In this document: positions 8,938 through 17,490 of the stretch, one piece after another
Numbering within the stretch: position 1 is the stretch's first letter
Layout of the letters: each line of letters begins with the position of its first letter
Assembly: GCA_035533655.1 (NCBI GenBank)
Contig: DATLTJ010000107.1
Span: 72-64,071, forward strand
Length of the DNA stretch: 64,000 bases
DNA from: Candidatus Acidiferrales bacterium
GTDB taxonomy: Bacteria > Chloroflexota > Dormibacteria > Aeolococcales > Bog-877
Direction: 5' to 3'
Position numbers and translations under genes: made by a program
Notes under the pieces: generated by a model
Told to the model about the DNA's origin: nothing
Database searches by the model: none
The model's input: only the letters and a program-made list of their open reading frames with translations

Positions 8938-10071
8938 ATGGCTGAGTTCAAGCTACCCGACCTAGGGGAGGGGGTGACCGAGGGAGAGGTGGTGGAGTGG
9001 CGGGTCCATGAGGGAGACACGGTTCAACGCGACCAGATCCTGGGGGTGATCGGAACCGACAAGGCCACTGTGGAGATCCCCTCGCCGTTCGCCGGCCGGG
9101 TGGAGGCGGTCCTGGTGGCCGAAGGGGCCCGGATCCAGGTGGGAGACCCCCTGCTCCGGGTGGAGGAAGTGGAGGGACCGAGCGCGGAGCCGACAGTGCC
9201 GACGAAGGCACCGGCACTGCCGGTACCAGAACCCCGCCCAAGCTCAGTTCCGGTGGAGCCGCGGCGGGTGCCGGCTCTACCGTCAGTCCGGCGGGCGGCT
9301 CGGCAGCGGGGGATCGGCCTCGAATCGGTAGTCGGGTCGGGTGTCGGAGGCCGGGTAAGGATGCTGGACCTGCTTGCCCAGGGACGGCGCGTGCCGCTGC
9401 GCGGGCTTGCCCGCGCGATGGCGGAGCATGCGGCGATCGGCCATCGGCATGTGCCCCAGGTCACGGTCGTCCTGGAGGTGGATGTAGCGGCCCTGGAGGC
9501 GCAGGTGGCGGAGGGAGCGACCGCGGAGGGCTCACCACCGCCGACCCTCCTGGGTTTGATCTGCCTCGCCATCCTGGCAGAGCTGGCCAAGGCGCCCCTC
9601 TTCAATGTCAGCCTGGACGACCAGGCTCTCGAGCTGGTCTACCACGACCATGTCCAGCTGGGGATCGCGGTCCAGACCGGGGACGGTCTCCTTGTTGCCA
9701 CCATCCGCGACGCCGACACCCTGTCGCCAGGAACCTTTCACCAGGAACTGCAGCGGGTGGTCACAGCTGCCCGGGCCGGGACGCTGACCGCGGCGGAGCT
9801 GAGCGGATCCACGTTCACCGTCTCAAGCGGGGGCAAGCAGGGCGCCCTGCTGGCCACCCCGCTGGTGAACTGGCCCAATGTGGCCATCCTCGGCGTCCAT
9901 GCCATTCAGGACCGCGCGGTCGTAAAGGACGGCCGCGTCGCGGTCGGTCGCCGGGCCAACCTGTCTTTGTCATTCGACCACCGGGTGATCGATGGCATGA
10001 CAGCGTCGGGGTTGCTCTATCGACTGGAAGCGCGCCTGGCCGCCGAGCAGCCGGGGCCGCCAGTCCGCTGA
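8938..10071 (+). CDS. Dihydrolipoamide acyltransferase (E2)
   Basis: Lipoyl domain with IGTDKATVEIPSP, an Ala/Pro linker, a peripheral-subunit-binding domain (PSVRRAARQRGIGL) and a catalytic DHRVIDG motif. Confidence 0.88.
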   Translation: MAEFKLPDLGEGVTEGEVVEWRVHEGDTVQRDQILGVIGTDKATVEIPSPFAGRVEAVLVAEGARIQVGDPLLRVEEVEGPSAEPTVPTKAPALPVPEPRPSSVPVEPRRVPALPSVRRAARQRGIGLESVVGSGVGGRVRMLDLLAQGRRVPLRGLARAMAEHAAIGHRHVPQVTVVLEVDVAALEAQVAEGATAEGSPPPTLLGLICLAILAELAKAPLFNVSLDDQALELVYHDHVQLGIAVQTGDGLLVATIRDADTLSPGTFHQELQRVVTAARAGTLTAAELSGSTFTVSSGGKQGALLATPLVNWPNVAILGVHAIQDRAVVKDGRVAVGRRANLSLSFDHRVIDGMTASGLLYRLEARLAAEQPGPPVR

Positions 10072-10180
10072 CTGGTTCCGCCGCAAATTCACGGTGCTCC
10101 GTAGCCTTCTCGGAACGCTCATGGCCTAGGGTCGCACCTGATAGCACGACGATCTCGCAGCGGACGCTCAGATCTGGAGG

Positions 10181-10566
10181 ATGAGTTCCACGGCAGCCAG
10201 ACGGCCTAGGCTGGCGTCGCCGGCAACCGCTCAGTGGGTGGGCGGGCTGGTCGGGATCTACTTCGGCGCTGTGGCGCTGTCCAACCGGCTGCTTCCCTTC
10301 TCATCCCAGCTCGGAGTCGCTGCTTCCCCGCTTGCCGCCATCGGCCTGCTCAACCCGCTGCGGCAGCGAATCCAGCGAGTCATTGACCGGACATTTAATC
10401 GGGCCCGATATGACGCTGACGCGACGGTTGCGGCGTTCGCGACCGGCTCCGCGGAGCGGTCGATCTGGAGACCGGGCCAAGTCAGCTGCTGGGCGTGGTG
10501 CAGGATTCCTTCGAGCCGGCTTTCGGATCGCTCTGGCTCAGGGACCAGCCTCAGTCGGGTGAGTAG
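10181..10566 (+). pseudogene. Truncated, frameshifted C-terminal remnant of a multi-pass membrane protein
   Basis: The listed frame gives ...NPLRQRIQRVIDRTFNRARYDADATVAAFA. After a -1 shift near 10442 my translation continues RLRGAVDLETGPSQLLGVVQDSFEPAFGSLWLRDQPQSGE* (stop 10564-10566). Together this is a tail motif (PLRxRIQ..DRxFxRxRYDA...WLR) I recognise from larger membrane/sensor proteins. Only ~130 aa remain. Confidence 0.5.
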
Positions 10567-10662
10567 CCCGGCCGGCTCGCGGACTCCGCCAGGATCACCG
10601 TCCCGCGGGTCCCGAGGCGGAAACCCGGAGCCAGCATGGCCAGTGCCATCGGGCCAAGGAAT

Positions 10663-10748
10663 TGGTGCCGAGACCGGGAGTTGAACCCGGACGAGCTTGC
10701 GCTCACTGCCCCCTCAAAGCAGCGTGTCTACCATTTCACCACCTCGGC
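10663..10748 (-). tRNA. tRNA-Leu (anticodon GAG), CCA encoded
   Basis: The reverse complement GCCGAGGTGGTGAAATGGTAGACACGCTGCTTTGAGGGGGCAGTGAGCGCAAGCTCGTCCGGGTTCAACTCCCGGTCTCGGCACCA folds as a cloverleaf. It has a 7-bp acceptor stem, an anticodon stem CTGCT/GGCAG with loop TTGAGGG, a long variable arm and a T arm CCGGG-TTCAACT-CCCGG. Confidence 0.92.
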
Positions 10749-10951
10749 CCGCCCGTCTGATCTTACCGGGACGGCCCCGCGGCGGCCGGATCGCGGTGCG
10801 AACGGATGGTGGCTGAAGATCGATACTGCCAACAGCACCGGCCGAAGCAGCAGGCCCATCTGGTTGCCTTAGGAGCTTCGATCATCACCCGCGACCCGGC
10901 CCCGGAACTGCTGTGCTTGGAGCGGGTCCGTGCGTCTGGCTCCGAGCGAAG

Positions 10952-11311
10952 GTGAGCACTCCAGCCCCGCTGCTGCGACTGCGCGAGCTCTGCCTCACCT
11001 TCCCCGAGGTCCGCGAGGATGCCGACGGTGTGGGGAATCCCTCGTTCAAGGTCGCCGGCAAGATCTTCGTCATGCACGTGGTCAATCACCACGGCGACGG
11101 CAAGACCGCATTTTGGTGCAAGGCCCGAGAAGGTGCTCAGCTGGCCCTGACCACGAGCGAACCCGAGAGCTACTTCGTCCCGCCCTACGTCGGGCGTTAC
11201 GGGTGGGTCGGAGTTTGGCTGGATCGCCGGGTGGACTGGACTGAAGCTCGGGGCCTGATCGAGGACAGCTACCGCCTGACTGCCCCAAAGAGGCTGACCC
11301 GGTCGCTCTGA
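10952..11311 (+). CDS. MmcQ/YjbR family DNA-binding protein (predicted)
   Basis: LRELCLTFPEVRED...PSFKVAGKIFVMH...PPYVGRYGWVGVWLD matches the YjbR/MmcQ pattern. GTG 10952 behind GAGCGAAGG is preferred over the track start 10913. Confidence 0.7.
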   Translation: MSTPAPLLRLRELCLTFPEVREDADGVGNPSFKVAGKIFVMHVVNHHGDGKTAFWCKAREGAQLALTTSEPESYFVPPYVGRYGWVGVWLDRRVDWTEARGLIEDSYRLTAPKRLTRSL

Positions 11312-11330
11312 GGCTGTGCTAGGCTAATCT

Positions 11331-11484
11331 CGTCTTCGGGGCAGGGTGAGAATCCCGACCGGCGGTCATAGCCCGCGAGCGTGATGAGGTCAGACCTCAG
11401 ATCGCAGGACTCGGTGGAACTCCGAGGCCGACAGTCAGAGGCTCGGACAGTGAGTCCGACCTCGAGTCTGGATGGGAGAAGACG
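11331..11484 (+). promoter_or_regulatory. FMN riboswitch (RFN element) aptamer upstream of ribD
   Basis: P1 is formed by CGTCTTC...GAGAAGACG. The conserved core blocks are present: GGGGCAGGGTGAGAATCCCGACCGGCGGT, AGCCCGCGAGC, GGTGGAACTCCGAGGCCGACAGT and AGTCTGGATGGGAGAAG. It sits directly 5' of the riboflavin operon. Confidence 0.9.
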
Positions 11485-11513
11485 GGTCCGGGCGCCCACT
11501 CGCCTGGTCCTCA

Positions 11514-11535
11514 CTCCCTGCCTCGCAGCAGGGAG
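11514..11535 (+). promoter_or_regulatory. Expression-platform hairpin sequestering the ribD Shine-Dalgarno
   Basis: CTCCCTGC-ctcgca-GCAGGGAG forms a perfect 8-bp stem. The 3' arm contains the GGGAG that lies 5 nt before ATG 11541. Confidence 0.6.
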
Positions 11536-11540
11536 TACAT

Positions 11541-12656
11541 ATGACCGAAGCGACGGCCGGCAGAGCGAGCGGCGCGCCCGACCTGATGGCCCGTGCCCTG
11601 GCGCTGGCCGAACTGGGACGCGGCCGGACGTCACCCAATCCCCCGGTGGGCGCGGTGCTGACGCGGGACGGGCAAGTGGTCGGCGAGGGCCATCACGCTC
11701 GCGCAGGCTCGGCGCACGCGGAGGTTGTAGCGCTGGAGCAAGCCGGCGAATTGGCCCAGGGAGCGACCCTTTGGGTGACTCTCGAGCCGTGCTGCCACAC
11801 CGGTCGAACCGGGCCCTGCACCAAGGTGCTGCTGGCGGCCGGGGTGCGTGAGGTGCACGTGGCAACCCTGGATCCCAACCCCCAGGTCCACGGCAAAGGC
11901 GTCGCCCAATTGCGGGCGGCCGGTGTCTCCGTGTCGGTCGGGGAGCACGAGGATGAGGCCCAGAGTCTCATTCGGGAATTTGCCGTTTGGGTCACCGAGG
12001 GTCGGCCGTCGGTGACTCTGAAATTCGCGATGAGCCTCGATGGCAAGGTGGCCACGGCGGGGGGCGATTCGCAGTGGATCAGCTCGGAGTTGTCGCGGGC
12101 CCGAGCCCACCAACTGCGCGCCGAGCATGACGCGGTCATGGTCGGTTCGGGGACCGTCCTCGCCGACGATCCCCGGCTGACCGCTCGCGAGGTGCCCGGC
12201 GGTTCCCGGCAGCCGCTTCGGGTGATCGTCGACAGCCGCCTGCGGACGCCCGCCACCGCCCGGGTGTTCGCCACTGACGGCGGAACCGTGCTAGTGGTGA
12301 CTACCGAAGGCGCGGACCCCGGCCGCGCGCGGGCTTTGATTGAGGCCGGCGCAGAGCTGCTGGCGCTACCCGCCGTGGCGGGCCGGGTGCCGCTTTCCGA
12401 GCTCCTGCAGCGGCTGGGCGACCGCCAGGTGACCAGCCTGCTGGTCGAGGGTGGCCCCACCCTTTTGGGCTCTCTGTGGGAAGAGCGGCTGGGGGATCGG
12501 ATCGCCGCCTTCGTGGCCCCAGTCCTGGTGGGAGGGGCCGGGGCGCCGGGACCGTTCGGGGGCTTGGGCGCGGCCACGCTGGAGCGCAGTTGGCGCGTCG
12601 CCGGACTGAAAGCGGAGCCGGTTGGGCCGGACCTCCTGCTGACGGCGGAGGTGTAG
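11541..12656 (+). CDS. ribD: Bifunctional riboflavin biosynthesis protein RibD (pyrimidine deaminase/uracil reductase)
   Basis: Zinc-deaminase motifs HAEVVAL and PCCHTGRTGPC, followed by a reductase domain. The start is set at ATG 11541 because the track start (11472) lies inside the riboswitch aptamer. Confidence 0.9.
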   Translation: MTEATAGRASGAPDLMARALALAELGRGRTSPNPPVGAVLTRDGQVVGEGHHARAGSAHAEVVALEQAGELAQGATLWVTLEPCCHTGRTGPCTKVLLAAGVREVHVATLDPNPQVHGKGVAQLRAAGVSVSVGEHEDEAQSLIREFAVWVTEGRPSVTLKFAMSLDGKVATAGGDSQWISSELSRARAHQLRAEHDAVMVGSGTVLADDPRLTAREVPGGSRQPLRVIVDSRLRTPATARVFATDGGTVLVVTTEGADPGRARALIEAGAELLALPAVAGRVPLSELLQRLGDRQVTSLLVEGGPTLLGSLWEERLGDRIAAFVAPVLVGGAGAPGPFGGLGAATLERSWRVAGLKAEPVGPDLLLTAEV

Positions 12657-13318
12657 GGACGTTCTCGGGTATCGTGACCGCCCAAGGTCAGATTGAAGCT
12701 ACCCCGAAGGCCTTTCAGGGAGAGCTGGTGATTGCCCATCCACCGGGCTGGGGCAATCTCGCGGTCGGGGACAGCGTAGCCGTGAATGGCTGCTGCCTGA
12801 CGGTCGTGCGAAGGGATGAGACCCGAGTCGCCCTCGAGGTGATGCCCGAGACCATGCGGCGCGCCAACCTGGCCCATCTGCAGCCGGGAGCGCAGGTCAA
12901 CCTGGAAGCAGCGCTCGCCCTCGGGGCCCCGGTGGGCGGCCACTTGGTGAGCGGACACGTCGACGCCACCGGGGAGGTCACGGCGGTGGAACGGGAGCAA
13001 AATGCGGTCTGGCTGACGGTCAGGGTGCCCCCAGAGGTGGGCCGGTACTGCGTGCCCCAGGGCTCGATCGCGATTGACGGCTGTTCGCTGACCGTTGTCG
13101 CGGTCGAGGACTCCCGCGACGGCGGGTCGGAGGTGGCGGTCTCGCTCATCCCCCACACCATGCAGACCACCGTCGCGGCCCACTACCTGCCCGGGGTGGT
13201 TGTGAACCTGGAGGCGGACTCGGTGGCCAAGCTCCTGGAACGGCTCCTGGCCCCGCACCTCCGCTCGGTGGCGGAGCGTCCCGCCCAGCCGGCTCCAGAA
13301 TTGCCGGGAGGCAGCTAA
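12590..13318 (+). CDS. ribE: Riboflavin synthase alpha chain; start codon uncertain
   Basis: FSGIVTAQGQIE... plus the internal duplicated lumazine-binding repeat (GDSVAVNGCCLTV / GSIAIDGCSLTV). No ATG/GTG/TTG sits at the expected Met. TTG 12590 is the nearest upstream canonical start; ACG 12659 sits behind GGAGGTG (see findings). Confidence 0.8.
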   Translation: MARRRTESGAGWAGPPADGGGVGTFSGIVTAQGQIEATPKAFQGELVIAHPPGWGNLAVGDSVAVNGCCLTVVRRDETRVALEVMPETMRRANLAHLQPGAQVNLEAALALGAPVGGHLVSGHVDATGEVTAVEREQNAVWLTVRVPPEVGRYCVPQGSIAIDGCSLTVVAVEDSRDGGSEVAVSLIPHTMQTTVAAHYLPGVVVNLEADSVAKLLERLLAPHLRSVAERPAQPAPELPGGS

Positions 13319-13319
13319 G

Positions 13320-14549
13320 TTGGAGTTCGCCCAGCTGGAGGAGGCGCTGGCCGCGTTTGCCAAGGGCGAGTTCGTGATCGTGGTCGACGACGAGGACCGC
13401 GAGAACGAGGGCGACCTCTGCCTGGCGGCTGAGGCCGCCAGCCCGGAGAAGATCAACTTCATGATGGCCGAGGCGAGGGGGCTGATCTGCGTCGCCATGG
13501 AGCCGGAGCGCCTCGACGAGCTGGAGCTGCCGCCGATGATGGAGCACAACACGTCCCGCTACCGCACCGCGTTCGCGGTCTCCGTCGACGCCGCCGGCGA
13601 CGAGGTCACGACCGGGATCAGCGCCCAGGACCGGGCCTTCACGATCCGGTCGCTGGCCAATCCTGAGTTCACAGCGGCGGACTTCGCTCGGCCGGGGCAC
13701 ATCTTCCCCCTCCGCGCCCGCTCCGGCGGGGTGCTGGAGCGGGCCGGTCATACCGAGGCGGTGATCGACCTTTGCCGACTGACTGGGCTAGCCTCGGCCG
13801 GGGTGGTTTGCGAGATCGCCAACCCGGATGGCACCATGGCCCGCCGGCCCCAGTTGGAGGAGTTCGGGGCCCGGCACCAGATCCCGATCATCAGCATCAA
13901 TGGCTTGATCTCCCACCGGCGCCAGCGAGAGCAGCTGGTGGAGCGGGGCGCGGAGACGGTGATCCCCACCGAAGAGGGGAGCTGGCGAGCGCTCGGCTAC
14001 CTCGACCGCATCACGGGAGCCGTCCACCTGGCTCTCATCTTCGGCGAACCAGAACCGGACCGCCCGGTGCTGGTCCGGGTCCACAGCGAGTGCCTCACCG
14101 GCGACGTCTTCGGCTCCCAGCGTTGTGACTGCCAGGCGCAGCTCCACCAGGCGCTTCGCCAGATCACCGAAGCCGGTGAGGGGGTGGTGGTCTACCTGCG
14201 CCAGGAGGGTCGAGGCATCGGCCTGATGGACAAACTGCGCGCCTACGCGCTGCAGGACCAGGGGCTTGATACGGTCGAGGCCAATCTGGAGTTGGGCTAT
14301 CCGGCCGACAGCCGCGACTACCAGATCGGCAGCCAGATCCTCTCGGACCTGGGGCTGCGCCAGCTCCGGGTGATGAGCAACAACCCCCACAAGTACTACG
14401 GCCTCCGGGGGCATGGGCTGGAGATGATCGAACGGGTGCCCATCGAGATCGTGGCCAACCGTCACAACCAGCGCTACCTGGCCACCAAGCGGGACAAGCT
14501 CGGCCATGTGCTGGAACAAGCCGACTCAGCTCAGAGAGGAAGTTCGTGA
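13320..14549 (+). CDS. ribBA: Bifunctional 3,4-dihydroxy-2-butanone-4-phosphate synthase / GTP cyclohydrolase II
   Basis: DHBP synthase motifs ([16 protein letters not shown]) followed by the GCH-II zinc motif ([16 protein letters not shown]). TTG start. Confidence 0.92.
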   Translation: MEFAQLEEALAAFAKGEFVIVVDDEDRENEGDLCLAAEAASPEKINFMMAEARGLICVAMEPERLDELELPPMMEHNTSRYRTAFAVSVDAAGDEVTTGISAQDRAFTIRSLANPEFTAADFARPGHIFPLRARSGGVLERAGHTEAVIDLCRLTGLASAGVVCEIANPDGTMARRPQLEEFGARHQIPIISINGLISHRRQREQLVERGAETVIPTEEGSWRALGYLDRITGAVHLALIFGEPEPDRPVLVRVHSECLTGDVFGSQRCDCQAQLHQALRQITEAGEGVVVYLRQEGRGIGLMDKLRAYALQDQGLDTVEANLELGYPADSRDYQIGSQILSDLGLRQLRVMSNNPHKYYGLRGHGLEMIERVPIEIVANRHNQRYLATKRDKLGHVLEQADSAQRGSS

Positions 14550-15019
14550 AGTCGGTGGAGGGCGTATTGGAGGGCCAAGGACTAAAGGTGAGCCTGGTGG
14601 CGGCCCGGTTCAACGAGACCGTGGTCGAGCGGCTGGTGGAGGGAGCCCGTCGGGCGCTCCGCCAGCATGGGGTCCAGGCCGACGACACCCGACTGGTCTG
14701 GGTGCCGGGCTGCTTCGAGATCCCGGTCGCGGTCGCCGAGCTGATCGAGCGGGGTGGCTGCGATGCGGTGGTCGCTCTGGGGGCGGTCATCCGGGGCGAG
14801 ACCCCTCATTTCGAGTACGTCTCGGAGGCGGTCAGTTCGGGCATCGCGGCTTTGTCGGCCCGGCGGTTCCCGATTGGCTTCGGGGTGCTGACAGTGAACT
14901 CCGTCGCTCAGGCGGAGGAGCGGGCCGGGGGCAAGCTCGGTAACAAGGGGTATGAGGCCGCCCAAACCGCTCTCGAGATGTTCTCGGTGCTGAGGCAACT
15001 CCGGCAGGATTGGCCCTGA
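14546..15019 (+). CDS. ribH: 6,7-dimethyl-8-ribityllumazine synthase
   Basis: ARFNE..V..L..GA, VPG.FEIP and G.VIRGETPHFEYV motifs. GTGA overlap with ribBA. Confidence 0.92.
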   Translation: MKSVEGVLEGQGLKVSLVAARFNETVVERLVEGARRALRQHGVQADDTRLVWVPGCFEIPVAVAELIERGGCDAVVALGAVIRGETPHFEYVSEAVSSGIAALSARRFPIGFGVLTVNSVAQAEERAGGKLGNKGYEAAQTALEMFSVLRQLRQDWP

Positions 15020-15080
15020 GTCAGAACGGACGAGAGCCAACTGGGCGGCGGGCAGCCTGACAAAATCTCCGCGTCCCGGG

Positions 15081-15272
15081 TCAGGCGGTCTTGGTCGAGG
15101 TGCGCAGGCAGCGGGTGCACACTCGCATCCGCTGCGGCAGTCCCCCGCCTTTCGGGGTGATCCGGGCCGACACCAAATTGGGCATGAAGCGCCGGCGCGT
15201 GTGTACCTTGGAGTGGCTCACATTGCTGCCGGCCACGGGTCCCTTACCGCAGATCTCGCACCGCTTCGCCAT
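15081..15272 (-). CDS. rpmB: 50S ribosomal protein L28
   Basis: MAKRCEICGKGPVAGSNVSHSKVHTRRRFMPNL..., 63 aa. The track ORF (to 16082) is a spurious 5' extension. Confidence 0.92.
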   Translation of the reverse strand: MAKRCEICGKGPVAGSNVSHSKVHTRRRFMPNLVSARITPKGGGLPQRMRVCTRCLRTSTKTA

Positions 15273-15419
15273 GGCGACCTCGAAGAAAGCTGAAGTTGAA
15301 GGTCCCTCCGCTGGGACCGAACCCCGAATATGATTCCGGCCGCAGTTTACCAGCCACGCCCCAGGAAGCCAGCCGGCGCTCCGGATGGTCGCCCAGAGCG
15401 CCGTTAGAGGAAAGCCACC

Positions 15420-15806
15420 TTGCCAAGCAACCGGCCGCTTTTGCAGACCTATGCGCTGGGCTCCGTGGAGGTTTCTCCTCGGGTGGTGGCCATGCTGGCC
15501 GCCAAGGCGGCGGGCGATTGCTACGGCATCGTCGGCATGTCCGCCCGGGGTCTTCGCGATGGCCTGGCTGAACTCCTCAACCGGGACAATGCCGAGCGGG
15601 GCATCGAGCTCCGGGTCCAGGACGAGGGGCTGGGGATCGACCTCTACGTCATCGTCGACCACGGCGTCCGGATCCTGGAGGTGGCCCACAACCTCATGAG
15701 CGCGGTCGCCTACAGCCTGGAGCACCACCTTGGCCTCCGGGTGCTCCAGGTCAACGTCAACGTCCAGGGGATCAGGCCTCCTGAGGAACAGGATGGCGGC
15801 GGCTGA
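15420..15806 (+). CDS. Asp23/Gls24 family (alkaline shock protein-like) protein
   Basis: VEVSPRVVAMLAAKAAGDCYGIV...GIDLYVIVDHGVRILEVAHNLMSAV...VNVNVQGI is the Asp23 pattern. It sits in the conserved position before yloV. TTG start is uncertain. Confidence 0.82.
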   Translation: MPSNRPLLQTYALGSVEVSPRVVAMLAAKAAGDCYGIVGMSARGLRDGLAELLNRDNAERGIELRVQDEGLGIDLYVIVDHGVRILEVAHNLMSAVAYSLEHHLGLRVLQVNVNVQGIRPPEEQDGGG

Positions 15807-17478
15807 GAGTGCCGCCTCCGGTGCGCCTCTGGTCGTAACCGGGAGGGCTCTGCGCCAGGGGCTGGAACGGGCCTTGCAGCGGCTGGCTGAACAGAGGGGC
15901 CACATCAACGAGCTGAACGTCTTCCCGGTTCCGGACGGGGATACGGGAACCAACATGCACCTCACCTTGGAGGCGGCCTGGCTCGAGGTGAGCCAGCTTC
16001 CGGTGGAGGCTTCGGTCTCCGCGCTGACCCGGGCCGCTGCCCACGGCTCGCTGATGGGCGCTCGGGGCAATTCTGGGGTCATCCTCTCCCAGGTCCTGCG
16101 GGGCTGGTCCGCGTGCTCCCAGGAGAGGGAGTCGCTGGACGCGGAGGGGCTCAGCGAGGCACTCGCCGAGGGCTCGCGGGTCGCCTACTTGGCGGTGAAG
16201 CGGCCGGTGGAAGGCACGATCCTCTCAGTCGCCCGGGACGCCGCCCGCGCGGCCCGCAAGTCACTCGACCAAGGGGATGACCTGACGCGCTTGGCGGAAG
16301 CGGTGGTGGCGGAGGCGTGGGCGGCCGTGGAGCGCACCCGGGATCAGATGGACGTCCTCCGCGAGGCGGGCGTCGTCGATGCCGGCGGGTTCGGGCTGGC
16401 GGTGATTCTGACCGCGATCGCAGAGCGACTTACCGGACAGCTCCCGGGCAAGGTCGAGCTGGAGCCGGAGGGGAGAGGCGAGAGCGCGACCAAGCCGACG
16501 ATCGTGGGCCTTCGAGGAGCCGCCGCCGCAGTGGCGCCCAAGGGAGGATTCGGCTACTGCACGGAGTTCGCCCTAGTCGGGGCCCAGCTGGGAGCGATCG
16601 AGATCCGCTCCCAGCTGGGCGACGACGCCGAGGACGATTCCGCTCTGGTGGTCGGCGAGCCCGGACTGCTCCACGTCCACCTCCACACCAAAGAGCCGTG
16701 GGAGCTCCTGGCCCGAGCCTCCAAGCTGGGCCAGATCGAGCGGCTCAAGGTCGAGGACATGACCGCCCAGCACCACCAGGCCCAAGAGCGCTCGGGATCG
16801 CCCGCCCCCGCCCCGGCCGCCCTGCCGCTCGGGGTGGTAACGGTGGCCCAGGGGGCCGGGTTCCGGGAGTTGCTCGTGGGTTTAGGAGCAGCCGCGGTGG
16901 TGGAGGGAGGCCAGGGCCAAAACCCCTCCACCGAGGAGATCCTGCAAGGGATCGAAGTGTCCGGGGCCGAGGAGGTGCTGGTGCTGCCCAACAACGCCAA
17001 CCTGGTGCTCGGGGCCGAGCAGGCGGCCGGGATCTGTGGCCGGGAGTCGGCGGTGATCCCGTCGCGCAACCTGCCCCAGGGGATCGCGGCTCTGTTGGCC
17101 TTCGACCCGGAGGCGCCCCTGGAGGTCAATCGCTACCGGATGGAGCGCGCCATGGAGGGCGTGCACGCGATCGAGGTGACGAGGGCAGTCCGCGACAGCC
17201 AGCTGGGCGACCGGCAGGTCCACCAGGGGGCGCTGATCGGGGTCCTGGACGGACAACTGGTCAGCTGCGGCAGCGAGATTAACCAAGTGGTCCTGGAGGC
17301 CATGGGCGAGCTCCCGGAGGGTTCGGTCGAGGTGGTCACCCTGTACCGTGGGGCCGACGTGGAGACGGACGCCAGCGAGGGGCTCGAGCGGGCCATCAGG
17401 GCGCGGTTTCCCGGTCTCGAAGTCGAGCGGCACGATGGGGGCCAGGCGCTGTACCAGTTCATCATCTCGGCGGAGTAA
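15793..17478 (+). CDS. DAK2 domain fusion protein YloV
   Basis: Dak2 motif VFPVPDGDTGTNMHLT. The C-terminal domain resembles YloV. ATG 15793 is preferred to the track start 15730, which overlaps asp23. Confidence 0.85.
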   Translation: MAAAESAASGAPLVVTGRALRQGLERALQRLAEQRGHINELNVFPVPDGDTGTNMHLTLEAAWLEVSQLPVEASVSALTRAAAHGSLMGARGNSGVILSQVLRGWSACSQERESLDAEGLSEALAEGSRVAYLAVKRPVEGTILSVARDAARAARKSLDQGDDLTRLAEAVVAEAWAAVERTRDQMDVLREAGVVDAGGFGLAVILTAIAERLTGQLPGKVELEPEGRGESATKPTIVGLRGAAAAVAPKGGFGYCTEFALVGAQLGAIEIRSQLGDDAEDDSALVVGEPGLLHVHLHTKEPWELLARASKLGQIERLKVEDMTAQHHQAQERSGSPAPAPAALPLGVVTVAQGAGFRELLVGLGAAAVVEGGQGQNPSTEEILQGIEVSGAEEVLVLPNNANLVLGAEQAAGICGRESAVIPSRNLPQGIAALLAFDPEAPLEVNRYRMERAMEGVHAIEVTRAVRDSQLGDRQVHQGALIGVLDGQLVSCGSEINQVVLEAMGELPEGSVEVVTLYRGADVETDASEGLERAIRARFPGLEVERHDGGQALYQFIISAE

Positions 17479-17490
17479 CGGGAGCCTCGG

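Noticed and set aside
10072-10950. tRNA-Leu-linked genomic island or integrated element.
   Set aside because: The window has no integrase, excisionase or phage gene, and no convincing direct repeat of the tRNA 3' end. The only match is a 9-nt GAGACCGGG. Only a decayed gene remnant is present.
11472-11540. ATG 11472 as the ribD start codon (track ORF start).
   Set aside because: It lies inside the conserved 3' core of the FMN riboswitch aptamer (TCTGGATGGGAGAAG). ATG 11541 has its own SD and gives a normal RibD N-terminus.
11693-13552. 619-aa minus-strand ORF antisense to ribD/ribE/ribBA.
   Set aside because: It is antisense to genes with unmistakable motifs. The translation is Arg/Ser/Pro/Ala-rich with no recognisable domain, which is the typical stop-poor antisense frame of a high-G+C genome.
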